Shown: positions 26,409 through 37,584 of the stretch, one piece after another | Position numbering within the stretch: position 1 is the stretch's first letter | Layout: every line of letters begins with the position of its first letter | IMG/VR virus record: IMGVR_UViG_3300013307_000002 | Coordinates: 18,362 to 82,361 of that record | Strand: one strand, 5' to 3' | Origin: a virus | DNA length: 64,000 nucleotides | Made by a program: the position numbers and the translations under genes | The notes under the pieces: generated by a model | What the model saw: only the letters and a program-made list of their open reading frames with translations | Told to the model about the DNA's origin: nothing | The model's database searches: none

Positions 26409-27199
26409 GTTTCACTATCGGAACCGATCCAGAGCTGTTCACCCGTCGTCAAGGCAAAATCTCCTCAGTAGCAGGTCTGCTGGGCTGTAGTAAGTCTGAG
26501 AAGTTGCATCTTAGTCAGAACGTTCGTCTGCAAGAAGATAATGTTCTTGCTGAATTCGATATTAACCCTTGTAAGGGTTTTGAGCAGTTCGATGCAACTG
26601 TGCAGGAAGGTCTGGATCTTACTCAGGCGCTTCTGGCTAAGCATGGCCTTGAGATTGCTAACGGTGTTAGTAGTCACATTTTCTCTGAAGAAGAGATGAA
26701 AAGCTTCCATAAGAGTGCTTTTGAGTTTGGATGTACTCCAGACTATAATGCTTTTACTGGTCGTCAGAACGCTTCTCCTTCAGCAGCAGATCCCGGCCTT
26801 CGTACTGCCGGTGGTCACATCCACATCGGTTATGCTGAAACAATTCCAGTCACCAAACAAAACCAGTTAACTGCTGGCGTTCTGTGTGACTATTTCCACT
26901 CACTTCCAGCGATGTTTATGGATGGTGATGAACGTCGTAAAGAGCTTTACGGCAAAGCAGGTGCAATTCGTTTCAAAGATTACGGTATCGAATATCGTTC
27001 TCTTAGTAATTTCTGGGTAACAGATAAGAATCTGCGTCGTGTCATTTACGACCAGACAGAGAAAGTTGTTCAGTTCTTGGGAACAGATAAGCTGCTTCAG
27101 CTCAACTCCCTGCTGCCTGTACAGCGTTTACAGACCATCATTAACACTAATGATAAGCGTACAGCAGAATCTTTCTTATCTCGTTTGGGTATTATTTAA
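26405..27199 (+). CDS. phiEco32-like COOH-NH2 ligase type 2
   Basis: IGTDPELF, QEDNVLAEF, FGCTPD, RTAGGHIHIG, RKELYGKAG, YGIEYRSLSNFW. Confidence 0.92.
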   Translation: MSFTIGTDPELFTRRQGKISSVAGLLGCSKSEKLHLSQNVRLQEDNVLAEFDINPCKGFEQFDATVQEGLDLTQALLAKHGLEIANGVSSHIFSEEEMKSFHKSAFEFGCTPDYNAFTGRQNASPSAADPGLRTAGGHIHIGYAETIPVTKQNQLTAGVLCDYFHSLPAMFMDGDERRKELYGKAGAIRFKDYGIEYRSLSNFWVTDKNLRRVIYDQTEKVVQFLGTDKLLQLNSLLPVQRLQTIINTNDKRTAESFLSRLGII

Positions 27200-27208
27200 G
27201 GGGGCTAT

Positions 27209-27814
27209 ATGAGCTTGCTTCGTGACTATAATCACTATTACCAGCAATCTTGGGTAGGGGTGAAAGAGGGTAATCTTCTTCTCCCTATCTATGTTGAGCA
27301 GGTTATTGACAGTAGTGATTATGACAGAGATGATTACTCGGAAGAACACAGAGCGCGTCTTGAAATACACGGTTATCGCTACACTAAGAATAGTCGTGGT
27401 CGCGTGTCTGGTTCTCGTTTTTCTATCTCTGTTCTTGATGAAAGTCTTGTTCTGGAATCTCCAGACGTAGGTTACATCTCAAACGGTCATGATGTTCGTT
27501 GGGCGGTTATCCGTCCAGTTCGTCAGCGCATGAAAGGCATGGTAAGCAATAAGGTTGTTGGTACAAGTTTGGGTCGTAGCAATGAAAATGCTTCGATTAT
27601 CTACAACCTGTTTAATCCTGAATTTGAAGGTATGATTAATCGCTATATGTTTGTAGCTCCGTCTGACAATCACATCTATTATAAAGGTGCGAAAGTTGGG
27701 GTAATTACAGAAACTGGTGTTAATATTATCTCTCGGTTCTCTTACCTGCTTCCTATGCTTACCGCGTGTGAGCAGTATCGTGATTTACCTGTAACTCCTG
27801 TAGAGGCTCTATGA
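27209..27814 (+). CDS. Hypothetical protein of the amidoligase cluster
   Basis: 201-aa ORF coupled to the amidoligase. Confidence 0.7.
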   Translation: MSLLRDYNHYYQQSWVGVKEGNLLLPIYVEQVIDSSDYDRDDYSEEHRARLEIHGYRYTKNSRGRVSGSRFSISVLDESLVLESPDVGYISNGHDVRWAVIRPVRQRMKGMVSNKVVGTSLGRSNENASIIYNLFNPEFEGMINRYMFVAPSDNHIYYKGAKVGVITETGVNIISRFSYLLPMLTACEQYRDLPVTPVEAL

Positions 27815-28947
27815 CCACTGTACAGTCTGTATTTAATCATCGTCCCCCACGGCTTAGCAGCCCGCATCCAAAAATCGCATTCAATGCCGGCGTTGGTATT
27901 GAGTTAGAGGTTGAGGGTGTAAGTCACATTGATGTACCCCTCTGGAACTGCACTGAAGATGGCTCACTTCGTAATGGTTGTGAGCTGGTTTGTGCTAATC
28001 CTTACTCTGGCGTTCAGTTGTATGAAGCGATTGAAAACCTCAGCGAATCAGTAACTCGTAGCGGTGCTCAAGGCACTTGGCGCTGTTCCACTCACGTTCA
28101 CTTAGATGTTCGTGATTGTGATGATAACACGCTGAAGAAAGTCATTCTTGCATGGGCTTTTTATGAAAAGCTCCTGTTTAAATGCTCTGGTTTCCATCGT
28201 TATCGTAGTAACTTCTGTCCGGCGTTTGCTGTTGTTCAGGCTCAGCTTTTAAACGCTTCTATAGCGTTCAATCATTCTGGTGAAAACTTCTTTCATCGTC
28301 TGGTTAGTTGCTGGGATAAATACACTTCACTGAATCTGCTCCCTTTGATGCAGTTCGGTAGTGTTGAATTCAGAATTTCTGAGCCTAAGTGGAAGCGTAC
28401 TAACCTGTTGAATCTGGTTAACCGTTTCTTAACTCTGAAAAAACTGGCTGTAGAAAACAGTCATCTGACACATCAAGCTTTTATTGATATGTTACGTGAT
28501 TTAGGTTTCTCTGCAATGATGGAATATCTGCCGCTTGATTATATGCTTGACCAGAGAGATCTGGATGATGGGTATATTCTGGCGAATGATGTTCTTAATG
28601 TTCGTGCAAGAGAGACTACTGTTGTTTCTCGTGTTACTCTTAATGTTCTGAATGCTGAAGCTATTGATAACTACGTAGTGGAAGATGTTCGTTCTGTATT
28701 GAATAACTGGACACACTATGCAGGGCACTGTGTATCTAAGAATGAGTTGTACGCTAACATTTTTAGAGAGATCTTTTCGACAGGTTCACCTCGTTCTGTA
28801 GATAGTTGTAATCTCGGAATGATTAGCCGGTTGATCGAAGAGTGGAAAGTTATTGCGCAAAGTCGTGCCGACACTGACAGTGAGATCAATGAGATTATCC
28901 TGTCGAACTGGACTAATGAATTAAGTCGTTTTATTGAAAATCTTTAA
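27811..28947 (+). CDS. Putative amidoligase (glutamine synthetase-like COOH-NH2 ligase)
   Basis: GIELEVE, EDGSLR, CSTHVHLD, KYTSLN, SVEFR motifs. Confidence 0.9.
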   Translation: MTTVQSVFNHRPPRLSSPHPKIAFNAGVGIELEVEGVSHIDVPLWNCTEDGSLRNGCELVCANPYSGVQLYEAIENLSESVTRSGAQGTWRCSTHVHLDVRDCDDNTLKKVILAWAFYEKLLFKCSGFHRYRSNFCPAFAVVQAQLLNASIAFNHSGENFFHRLVSCWDKYTSLNLLPLMQFGSVEFRISEPKWKRTNLLNLVNRFLTLKKLAVENSHLTHQAFIDMLRDLGFSAMMEYLPLDYMLDQRDLDDGYILANDVLNVRARETTVVSRVTLNVLNAEAIDNYVVEDVRSVLNNWTHYAGHCVSKNELYANIFREIFSTGSPRSVDSCNLGMISRLIEEWKVIAQSRADTDSEINEIILSNWTNELSRFIENL

Positions 28948-28964
28948 AAATAGAGGATTATAAG

Positions 28965-30992
28965 ATGTGTGGAATCGTATTGGCAGGTGGTAACTTATTC
29001 GCTACAGAAGCAGATATTTTTAGTAATCTTCTGTATGCTGATGTATTTCGTGGTATTCATGCAACTGGTGTTTATGCAAAGCGTGGTACTGAAGGTATCG
29101 TAATGGCTAAAGATGCCGTGCCTTCTTATACTTTCCTTAACACGAAAGCTTATAAAGAAGTGCTGACTGGTAAAACAACAGCTAACGTATTTCCTTCTTT
29201 CATCGTTGGGCATAACCGCCATGCAACACGGGGTAACTCAGATGATCCTAAAGGTGCCCACCCGTTCCAGCACGGTAAAATAACGCTGGTTCATAACGGT
29301 ACTCTGTATGACACTTCTCACTTACCAGAGCACGAGAAGTTTGTTGTGGACAGTGAAAACATCTGTTACTCGATTGATAAGATTGGAGCGGAAGCGACCA
29401 TTCAGAAACTGGATGGTGCCTTTACTCTTATTTGGCACGATGCCAATGATGAAACAGTGCATATCATTCGTAACAGTGAGCGTCCATTCCATCTTGCCAA
29501 AGCAGGCGCTGATTGGTTTGGTGCTTCTGAAGAAGAGATGCTGATGTGGATTCTGAATCGCAGCAAATCTGTAGGCAAACGTAAAATTGAACACTTCGAA
29601 TGCGAAGTAGGTGTTGAATACATCTTCGACGTTAGTGGTGTCGGTAAGAAGTTTGAACTTAAATCTCAGGTCAAACACACTCTCCCAACTTTTACGTACG
29701 CCAGTCGTTATGGAGCGCTGGGAAGCGGTTGGCAAAACAGCTATGGAAACAAGAGAAGCTACTATCCAGCGGTAAGTCAGGAAGAAAGAAAGGCAACCGC
29801 AAACGCAGGCTATAATGCTATTGCTATTCGTAATGGCCTTAAAGTTCGTGTTGATCATCGTGTTGACTTTATTCCAACATCTTTCTTCCCCTACAGCAAC
29901 AACAGTAATGTAGGTAAGATGATGGGCTACTTCATGGATAATGACACTGAGTACCTTGAAGTTGATGTGTTCGGTGTTAAGAAAGAATTGTATGACGAGT
30001 CTCAGAGAGATTTGAACTTCGTCTTTACTGGCACTGTTCAGTCTATCATTGAGCTGAAACCTGCTGCCTCTGCCCATAGCAACCGCCCTATTCCTCGTCT
30101 GATTGTGACTGGTATTTCTTTGCTTAGTCCAGAAGCAAAAAAAACAAGGGATACGATTGACGAAGAGTTAACTGAACTCGCTGATGATGTACCTTTTGAG
30201 CATGAAGGGGGTGATACGGATTCTCCGGACTCCTTTCGTACCATTGGAGGTACAGAGATTACTCGCGACTTTTGGATGAAGCATGACCACGGTGTCTGCA
30301 TGGGTTGTAACAAAACAATCCCGTGGAGTAAGGCGAAGGATGCAGCATATGCATACCAAGCTTTCTGGCATCCAGAATGTTTAGCTCGTACAGAGAAAGA
30401 AGAGGCTGATGTTCGTGAACAGTCTAATAATACTTTCTACTGTGGTTCATGTGGTAGTGAAAAGGATATGAAATTCCTCGACACCACTGCATCAGCGAAG
30501 AACGAAACTGACACTTGCTCAGCTTGCGGCTCTGAAGAACGTCGTCGTGGCGCTGTTCAGGGGAATGATTACGTCACCGCTTCTTTCAAAGTTTCGGATA
30601 GTTCAGGTAATGTTAAAATGACGTCTCGTGTGTTTAATCGTCGTGAGTTTGAACACATGATTCGTGAACGTGGTAGTGATAGTGTGGAGTTCAAAAACTT
30701 AGCAGATGCGAATATTACACTTCGCGGAAGCAATGTGTTTGCTTATTTCTATAAGAAAGATGGTAGTCACAAAGCTGTAGCTAAGGAGGAAACCAGCACT
30801 CAAGCTGGAAGCTTTCCCACAGCAAAGTTCATCAAAAAGTCTGATGGAACAAGCTACAAAGTCTCAAAAGCCCTCTGGCTTCAAATCGGTTCTTGCGTCC
30901 ATTGTCGGAGCACTGTTCCGTGGATAGATGTTGAGAAGTGTTCATTTACTGAAAATGGTAAAGTGGTCTGCAAAGATTGTAAAGGTGAATAA
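28965..30992 (+). CDS. Class II (Ntn) glutamine amidotransferase with Zn-finger C-terminus
   Basis: MCGIV N-terminus, GHNRHAT, HPF, VHNGT, VDSE; several CxxC pairs in the C-terminal third. Confidence 0.92.
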   Translation: MCGIVLAGGNLFATEADIFSNLLYADVFRGIHATGVYAKRGTEGIVMAKDAVPSYTFLNTKAYKEVLTGKTTANVFPSFIVGHNRHATRGNSDDPKGAHPFQHGKITLVHNGTLYDTSHLPEHEKFVVDSENICYSIDKIGAEATIQKLDGAFTLIWHDANDETVHIIRNSERPFHLAKAGADWFGASEEEMLMWILNRSKSVGKRKIEHFECEVGVEYIFDVSGVGKKFELKSQVKHTLPTFTYASRYGALGSGWQNSYGNKRSYYPAVSQEERKATANAGYNAIAIRNGLKVRVDHRVDFIPTSFFPYSNNSNVGKMMGYFMDNDTEYLEVDVFGVKKELYDESQRDLNFVFTGTVQSIIELKPAASAHSNRPIPRLIVTGISLLSPEAKKTRDTIDEELTELADDVPFEHEGGDTDSPDSFRTIGGTEITRDFWMKHDHGVCMGCNKTIPWSKAKDAAYAYQAFWHPECLARTEKEEADVREQSNNTFYCGSCGSEKDMKFLDTTASAKNETDTCSACGSEERRRGAVQGNDYVTASFKVSDSSGNVKMTSRVFNRREFEHMIRERGSDSVEFKNLADANITLRGSNVFAYFYKKDGSHKAVAKEETSTQAGSFPTAKFIKKSDGTSYKVSKALWLQIGSCVHCRSTVPWIDVEKCSFTENGKVVCKDCKGE

Positions 30993-30993
30993 A

Positions 30994-31218
30994 ATGGAAG
31001 TGAAGAAAATTTTACTGGATGATGTAGCGGTTGTACGTAAAATCCCTATGTCAGAGAAAGGATGCGACAATCTCCGAGCTATTCAGAAGTATCTCGTTGA
31101 TGGACTATCAGCAAAAATGGGTAAGCCTGTTGAGCTGCCATACCCTACCGTGATTAACATGGTTCTTGCTGAGTTTGTACAGAGGCACAATATCCATGTC
31201 CCAGGTAAGTCAAGTTGA
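30994..31218 (+). CDS. Small putative DNA-binding protein
   Basis: ORF in operon; likely start MEVKK. Confidence 0.5.
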   Translation: MEVKKILLDDVAVVRKIPMSEKGCDNLRAIQKYLVDGLSAKMGKPVELPYPTVINMVLAEFVQRHNIHVPGKSS

Positions 31219-31410
31219 GTTTTCACTAGCTTTCATCATGGGTCGACTCTCCGCTCTTGTGGCGGAGCAGTCTCGTGCCTATGTTTATGCTTTCGATATC
31301 GAAGCACCCTCTGATGAAGTTTATTTTCAATCATTAGAAGATTACATATTCCTAGCAGAACAAATCCAATACTGCTTAATTGAACTCGATCAAATCAAAA
31401 GGTTATTAAA

Positions 31411-32664
31411 ATGACTCGTATTGCTATCCTTCCTTATGGCCCATCTGACTCTTGTACTGCACTGCGTGATGCTCTTATTGCTCAGTTTGAAGGTGACAAC
31501 ACTACTTCTGTTCGTAAACTTCGTAGTGATAATAGCAGCACTTTTCGTGGTCGTGCTGGTGATATCATCATCAACTATGGCAATCGTTCAGCCCCTGAAG
31601 AACGTTTCGGTAATGCCTTTGTCTTAAACAGTCAGGGTGCTCTGAGAAATGCAGCTAACAAGCTGAATGCCTTGAATACGATGCGTAATAACAACGTGTC
31701 AACTGTCCCATTCACTGTAAACTCAGAAGAAGCTCGTATTTGGGCGGCATCTGGTTCAGTTGTATATGCTCGTACAACTTTGAATGGTCACTCTGGTGAA
31801 GGTATTGTTGTTGTCAATGCTAATAACATTGATGCTATGCCGGAAGCACCTCTGTACACCAAGGGTATTACTGGTCGTCGTCGTGAATGGCGTGTTCATG
31901 TTTTCGATGGTGTAATCACTCATGTTCAGGTTAAACGTCGTCGTAACGGTTATGCTGAAGATCCTAACTATCGTGATGATGTACGTAACCATCAAACTGG
32001 TTGGATTTATGCAACTGAAAACATCAACCCATCTCAGGCAGTTCTGCGTAATGCAGTGAATGCTGTTGCTTGTATGGGTCTTGACTTCGGTGCTGTTGAT
32101 ATCATCAGTCTTGGTGATGAAGCTTGGGTTCTGGAGGTTAATACTGCTCCGGGTCTTCAGGCAGAAACTACTATGACAGCTTTTGTCAATGCTCTAACTG
32201 CGAAAATTCATAACATTCGCTTCCGGGGTGCGCCTCAAATGGTTATCACTCCAGCGTTCCAACTGGAACCAGAGGTACAGGAAGAAGATGCTTTTACTCC
32301 AGAAGAAATTGCTGCTGAAGAAGATGATCTTGCTGGTAGTTATGACCCAGAAGCCGCAGCCTTCTTTAATGCGGGAGCTTTTGGCACTGATCGTCCGGCA
32401 GCCATGTCAGCTCCTCAAGTACAAATGACTGCTGAAGGTACTCTCCCTGAAGCAGAAACTCGCAATGTTCCAGATGGCTATTATCTTGCAAATATTCAGC
32501 GAATGGACGATCGTTCAACTGCAATGAATGTAATTGTGTGGGTTTCTAGTGGTCTTGTATATCGACACGGTTGGAACTCTCCGATTCGTCTGAGTCAAGT
32601 TCGTGGCCTTCGTGCCATCACCTCTGTAGTGTCTGGTAACGAAACTGTAGCTGTTTCTGTATAA
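31411..32664 (+). CDS. ATP-grasp ligase
   Basis: ANKL, GHSGEGI, EWRVHV, VRNH, LDFGAVDI...VLEVNTAPG motifs. Confidence 0.9.
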   Translation: MTRIAILPYGPSDSCTALRDALIAQFEGDNTTSVRKLRSDNSSTFRGRAGDIIINYGNRSAPEERFGNAFVLNSQGALRNAANKLNALNTMRNNNVSTVPFTVNSEEARIWAASGSVVYARTTLNGHSGEGIVVVNANNIDAMPEAPLYTKGITGRRREWRVHVFDGVITHVQVKRRRNGYAEDPNYRDDVRNHQTGWIYATENINPSQAVLRNAVNAVACMGLDFGAVDIISLGDEAWVLEVNTAPGLQAETTMTAFVNALTAKIHNIRFRGAPQMVITPAFQLEPEVQEEDAFTPEEIAAEEDDLAGSYDPEAAAFFNAGAFGTDRPAAMSAPQVQMTAEGTLPEAETRNVPDGYYLANIQRMDDRSTAMNVIVWVSSGLVYRHGWNSPIRLSQVRGLRAITSVVSGNETVAVSV

Positions 32665-32694
32665 CTTTTTAAACAACTTATTAAGGGTATTAGT

Positions 32695-32931
32695 ATGTCA
32701 ATGGAAGACATTTTAGATCGCGGTTTTATGGAAGAAAAAGAGCCTATGATTGTCCACTCTCGCAAAGTTCTTAAAGGGCTTTGTGAAGAGTATGGAATCA
32801 CCAATCAGCGTCGAGTTAGCAGCGAGTATTCAGCTTTCGTTACCTTCATGAATCGTGGTGATGAAGAAAGTGCTCGTCGTATGCTGACTCAGTGGCAAGA
32901 AGATGAAGCTGTAACTAAAATCCCTCACTAA
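32695..32931 (+). CDS. Hypothetical protein
   Basis: 78-aa ORF with RBS. Confidence 0.6.
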   Translation: MSMEDILDRGFMEEKEPMIVHSRKVLKGLCEEYGITNQRRVSSEYSAFVTFMNRGDEESARRMLTQWQEDEAVTKIPH

Positions 32932-33575
32932 TAACTGAAACAACAGCCCGGCGGTGTTCGGGCTTATGGAGTTCTTATGGCTATTGTAACTGCTAAGAAA
33001 GTATTTACTGCACTGAATCCTGAAAATGGTCTTATGTTAGACATTGTTGCTAACAGCTTTATTCGTAATGGAGATCATTTTGAGTTTGCCGACAGTACAA
33101 GTATTATTGCTTTTATCCCTGATAATTTTATTGTGGCACTGAAGGATAACATCGTAAATGAATAATACAGCCAAGTAAGGCAAAAGTAATTAATTACTAC
33201 AAGGCATTCTTTTGAGTGCCTTGTGTTGATTATGTTGGAGAATACTTATGTTGAAATACAGTATTCATGGAAGGATGGATAAGGATGATGATTGGCATTT
33301 TATTGGAGTCTTCTCTGAAGAGGAGTTGGAAGATAAAATTGATTATTATCTAATCTTCTGGAGATACCTAAAGCGTCAAGCTTTTATAGGATATTTATGA
33401 AAATCGGAAGTCCTGAACACAAGAAGTTTCAAGAAGAAAATGGTCGTAAGCTCCGAGAAAGGCTTCAGAAAGAAGTTGAAGCCGGGCCAAAAAGTGATGG
33501 CATGTTTGACCGCTTATCACATAACTTTTCTTCAAATCTGTTAAATTCACTCAACACTCGTAAGGTAGTTAAATA

Positions 33576-33977
33576 ATGTCAGATGTTCAACTGGTAGCTG
33601 TATATGGATCACTTCGTTCAGGGATGCAGAACTTTCACGTTAACAATCGAGCTGGAGCTGCTCTGGTTGGTAAGGGTGCTACTGTAGATAACCACGATCT
33701 GTTTCGTTATGCAGGTTGCTACTTCCCATCAGTTTCTCTGGCACATTCAGAGTCAGGTAAACCTGTTGTAGTGGAAGTATTCGCCACAGATGAAGCAGGA
33801 CTGACTGGCCCGTATGATGCTCTTGAGGGTTATCCAAACTTCTATAATCGTACTCAGATTCCAGTTAAACTGGATGATGGTCGCGATGTTATGGCTTGGA
33901 TTTATCACATTGATGAAGAGCAATCTGATCGTGTTGAATCTGGTGATTGGGTTGAATATTGCAAAGGGGATAAATAA
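33576..33977 (+). CDS. Gamma-glutamyl cyclotransferase (AIG2/YtfP-like)
   Basis: VYGSLRSG...YDALEGYPNFYNR...AWIY...SGDW. Confidence 0.9.
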   Translation: MSDVQLVAVYGSLRSGMQNFHVNNRAGAALVGKGATVDNHDLFRYAGCYFPSVSLAHSESGKPVVVEVFATDEAGLTGPYDALEGYPNFYNRTQIPVKLDDGRDVMAWIYHIDEEQSDRVESGDWVEYCKGDK

Positions 33978-34399
33978 TGGGCTTAGTTAATCTGGAAACT
34001 TTAAACAGAATTAAAGAAGAAAGACGACAAGCTTATCTATCTGGTAACTACGGGGTTTCTCAAGCTTTAAGGGCTTTAGATTCTGCTATCGCACAACTCG
34101 AACAGATAGATTTAGTGACCAAAAATCTTGAATTAAAGGTTGTTGAGAAAGGATAACCTATGTGCTCCAAAGTTGAAGAAGTAAGGCAGCTTCAACAAAA
34201 ACTATGCTTCTTCAAATGGAAAATCCGTACATTCGAAAAATACTGGTCAGAGCAAAAGCTGACCGGTTCAAGAAACACAATCGAATATGCGGAGAAGAGC
34301 ATTAAAGCCTATGAAGCCGCCGCTGATACTTGTCTTAGGCGTATTGGCGAATTAATAGGATAAAGTAATTATGCTCATGGAACTCAAGGAGAGAAGAGC

Positions 34400-36196
34400 G
34401 TGAAAACAGATAAAGTAATCGTAGGTGATACAGCTTGTCCAGAATGTCGCTCTCATGGACGTGACAAGTCAGGCAATCACCTAATCCTTTTTCACAACAC
34501 TCAGACAGATGAGCGGTGGGGCAAATGTGGTCGTTGTGGTCACTATGAGGTATTTGATAAGGGTAATATGCCTGAAGTCAAAGAGAAGAAGGAGCTAACT
34601 CCAGAAGAGCTTAAAGAGCTTTTGGATGAAGTTCTGGAACTTCCTCAGAAAGACCTCACTGACAGATTGATTCCTAAATCTGTTGCTGAACGCTTCGGTG
34701 TTCGTATTGGTCTTAGTTGTGAAGATGGTCAGACCCCTGTAAGTTATTTCTTTCCTCGTGAGAAGGAAGGGGATATTCAGGGGTATGAAGTTAAAGGTAT
34801 TGAACGTAAATATTTTTACTTCGTAGGTAATGTCAAAGAGTCTGATTTCTTTGGACTCTCTCAAGCACAGCGTGGCGATGTTTATAACAAGAAGCTTTTC
34901 ATCTTTGAGGATGCTTTGAGTTGTATGTCTGGTTTCCATGTCCTGACTCAGTTCACGACAGCCACTAACATCAAACCAGCTTGTGTTGCACTTCCAAACG
35001 GTGCAGGAAGCATCTCTTCAGTCATGTCTCGCAATCGTGAGTTTCTTAACGGCTTTGATGAAATTGTTATCTGTATGGATAATGATTCTGCTGGAGAGGA
35101 AGCTCTGATTAAAGGTCGTGCTCTTTATCCGAATGCCAAGTTTGCAAGGATTCCGAAAGGTATCTTTACTTACAAAGGTAATGAGAAAGAGATGAAGGAT
35201 GCCAATGATATGCTTCTGGCAGGTCGTGGTCAGGAACTCTTTAACATTCTCAAGTATTCAGCGAAACGTGAATCTCCAGCAGGTTCTGTTACGGTGTTTG
35301 ATTGCTTAGAGGATGCTCTAAAGAAACCTGAGTGGGGTATTCCATATCCGTGGGAGACTCTGAACAACATGACCTTTGGTATTCGTTGGGGTGAGATGGT
35401 CGCTATTGGTGGCGGTGTAGGGTCTGGTAAGACTCTGATTGCTCATGAACTAGTAGCGTGGCTTTGCCTCAAGCACGGATTTAATGGCGGTGGATTCTTC
35501 TTAGAAGAAAAAGTCGGCATGTCCGTTAAGAATATCGCTGGTAAAGCAGCAAGTATTCCATTCCATCGTCCAGATATCGAGTATGACCAAGATGTTCTGT
35601 ACAACGAAGCTTTGAAGTTCGCTGATAAGTTCTTCCTGTACGACAACTTTGGTCAGAATGACTGGAGTGATATTAAGCAGTGTATTCGTTTTTGGGTTGT
35701 TGAGAATGATTGTAAGTTTATTATTCTTGATAACATCACAGCCCTTGTCTCACATCTTACTCCTTCAGAGATCAATACTGAGATTAGTAAGATTGCATCT
35801 GAGCTTGCTGGTATGTGTCAGGAACTGAACTTCACTGCTTTTGTTCTGTCTCACTTGAACTCACCAACATCAGGCAATCCTCATGAAGAGGGCGGTCAGG
35901 TTAAAGAGGTGCAGTTCACTGGTTCTCGTTCACTTATGCGTTGGTGCCAGTGCATCATCGGCTTTGAGCGTAACAAACAGGCAGATGGTAATGGAAAGAA
36001 CTTGTCCTTGATTCGACTTCTCAAGGAACGTAACTATGGTCAGACAGGTATCTGTTATACCAAGTACGAACCAGCCACAGGGCGTCTCTTAGAGCGTACT
36101 GAGGAAGAAGTGGATGAAGGTAATCCTTTTGCTTGCATGGAAGATGTAATCGCAATGGAAGAAGGTGCGAAAGAGAATGACAAGTCTCCGTGGTAA
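34400..36196 (+). CDS. T7 gp4-like primase-helicase
   Basis: N-terminal CPEC/CGRC Zn finger, TOPRIM (FED, MDNDSAG, KDAND), GGVGSGKT Walker A, ILDNIT, LSHL. Confidence 0.95.
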   Translation: MKTDKVIVGDTACPECRSHGRDKSGNHLILFHNTQTDERWGKCGRCGHYEVFDKGNMPEVKEKKELTPEELKELLDEVLELPQKDLTDRLIPKSVAERFGVRIGLSCEDGQTPVSYFFPREKEGDIQGYEVKGIERKYFYFVGNVKESDFFGLSQAQRGDVYNKKLFIFEDALSCMSGFHVLTQFTTATNIKPACVALPNGAGSISSVMSRNREFLNGFDEIVICMDNDSAGEEALIKGRALYPNAKFARIPKGIFTYKGNEKEMKDANDMLLAGRGQELFNILKYSAKRESPAGSVTVFDCLEDALKKPEWGIPYPWETLNNMTFGIRWGEMVAIGGGVGSGKTLIAHELVAWLCLKHGFNGGGFFLEEKVGMSVKNIAGKAASIPFHRPDIEYDQDVLYNEALKFADKFFLYDNFGQNDWSDIKQCIRFWVVENDCKFIILDNITALVSHLTPSEINTEISKIASELAGMCQELNFTAFVLSHLNSPTSGNPHEEGGQVKEVQFTGSRSLMRWCQCIIGFERNKQADGNGKNLSLIRLLKERNYGQTGICYTKYEPATGRLLERTEEEVDEGNPFACMEDVIAMEEGAKENDKSPW

Positions 36197-36713
36197 TAAA
36201 AAGATCTATGCGTTCGATATTGAATCCAACGGTCTGTATGATGATATTACAACCGTTTGGTGTGTCTTTATCGAGGACATTCTCACAGGAGAGAAGTGGG
36301 GGTATCGCCCCCATGAGATTGAATTTGCTATTGAGAAACTGAAAGATGCTGATATTCTCGTAGGGCATAACATCATTGACTACGACTTACCAGCTCTTGC
36401 TAAAGTTTATGGGCAGCTTAAGGGCTGCTCTTTCAATGTAGTAGATACTCTCTGCCTGAGTCGTTTTCTTCAACCAGACCGTAACTTTGAATCTCCTCCG
36501 GGACACTCCTTAAAATCTTGGGGTATCAGGTTAGGTGATGCAAAAGGTGCTTATGGTGATGAAGTAGAAAACGCTTGGGACGTCTTCAGTGAGGAGATGT
36601 TTGAATATTGTGAGCAGGATGTTCACGTAACTGTTCTGCTGTACAAAACACTGTGTAGGGCGGCTGGTTATGATGTTGCAGACCCGCCGACTATCACTAA
36701 TACGTTAAATTGA
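36177..36713 (+). CDS. 3'-5' exonuclease domain of split DNA polymerase
   Basis: FDIESNG (ExoI), GHNIIDYD (ExoII), EYCEQDV (ExoIII). Confidence 0.9.
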   Translation: MTSLRGNKKIYAFDIESNGLYDDITTVWCVFIEDILTGEKWGYRPHEIEFAIEKLKDADILVGHNIIDYDLPALAKVYGQLKGCSFNVVDTLCLSRFLQPDRNFESPPGHSLKSWGIRLGDAKGAYGDEVENAWDVFSEEMFEYCEQDVHVTVLLYKTLCRAAGYDVADPPTITNTLN

Positions 36714-36729
36714 TTATTAGGATAATCCA

Positions 36730-37569
36730 ATGCAAGTATGTTCTCTTGGAACCGCTCTAGCTTCTATTGCTCCAAATCAACGGCTTAATACGGGGATTGA
36801 TTTCTTAAGACTTTTGAGGTCTGAAGGTATTTGTCCTTTAGGGGAAGGGTTATCCCCTGCTATCATGGGAGGTGCTCCCAGAGATGTGTTCTTTTCAGGA
36901 ACTAACCCCAATGATATCGATATCTTCTTTTTTGCAAACCTAAACTATCAGAGAGCCTCTTCTACAAGGGTTTTAAATAATCTGAAAGAGGATTTAATTG
37001 TTTGGTTGGAAGATCAAAACATTGACTACGAATCTCTTCTCAACGAAGCTAGTAGTGAATATGGAAACGAAAATCGATTCTTGGATATTATCTCTTTTAA
37101 TTGGAGAGATACAAAGATCCAAGTAATGATTCCTAGTAGTCATCTTAATACCTCTGGTGATGTATTCTCTTTAGTTAATTCTATGCCGTTGTTCAGCTCA
37201 ATAGCTGTCACTCAGGAGAATCTTGTTATTGCTAATACATTCTTAGCTGCGTATAAGATGTCTGAAAGTAATCTGTATCCATTTACAAGTTATAAGGATG
37301 TTGCCTATATACGTAAAAAACGTCCTAATGGTAATTTAATCCATGTATCATCAGGAGATGCTTTAAATTATTTAGCTTTTGGTGAGGATGCAAGGAGTGT
37401 GTATATTCCTCCTAGTGACCAAAGATCTCCAGAAATGATTTACAGATCTTCTAATCCCGTAAGAAGAAGTGTGCTATCACGGAGAGAGATCTCTCGTAGA
37501 TTCTCCGGGCCTGTTGCATCATCTTTCCGTGATACTTTGAGTGTCACAAGTTTGAATGAAACGCTTTAA
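36730..37569 (+). CDS. Nucleotidyltransferase (CCA/polyA polymerase head-like)
   Basis: GGAPRD...DIDIFF motif. Confidence 0.75.
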   Translation: MQVCSLGTALASIAPNQRLNTGIDFLRLLRSEGICPLGEGLSPAIMGGAPRDVFFSGTNPNDIDIFFFANLNYQRASSTRVLNNLKEDLIVWLEDQNIDYESLLNEASSEYGNENRFLDIISFNWRDTKIQVMIPSSHLNTSGDVFSLVNSMPLFSSIAVTQENLVIANTFLAAYKMSESNLYPFTSYKDVAYIRKKRPNGNLIHVSSGDALNYLAFGEDARSVYIPPSDQRSPEMIYRSSNPVRRSVLSRREISRRFSGPVASSFRDTLSVTSLNETL

Positions 37570-37584
37570 TAATTTAAAACAAGG

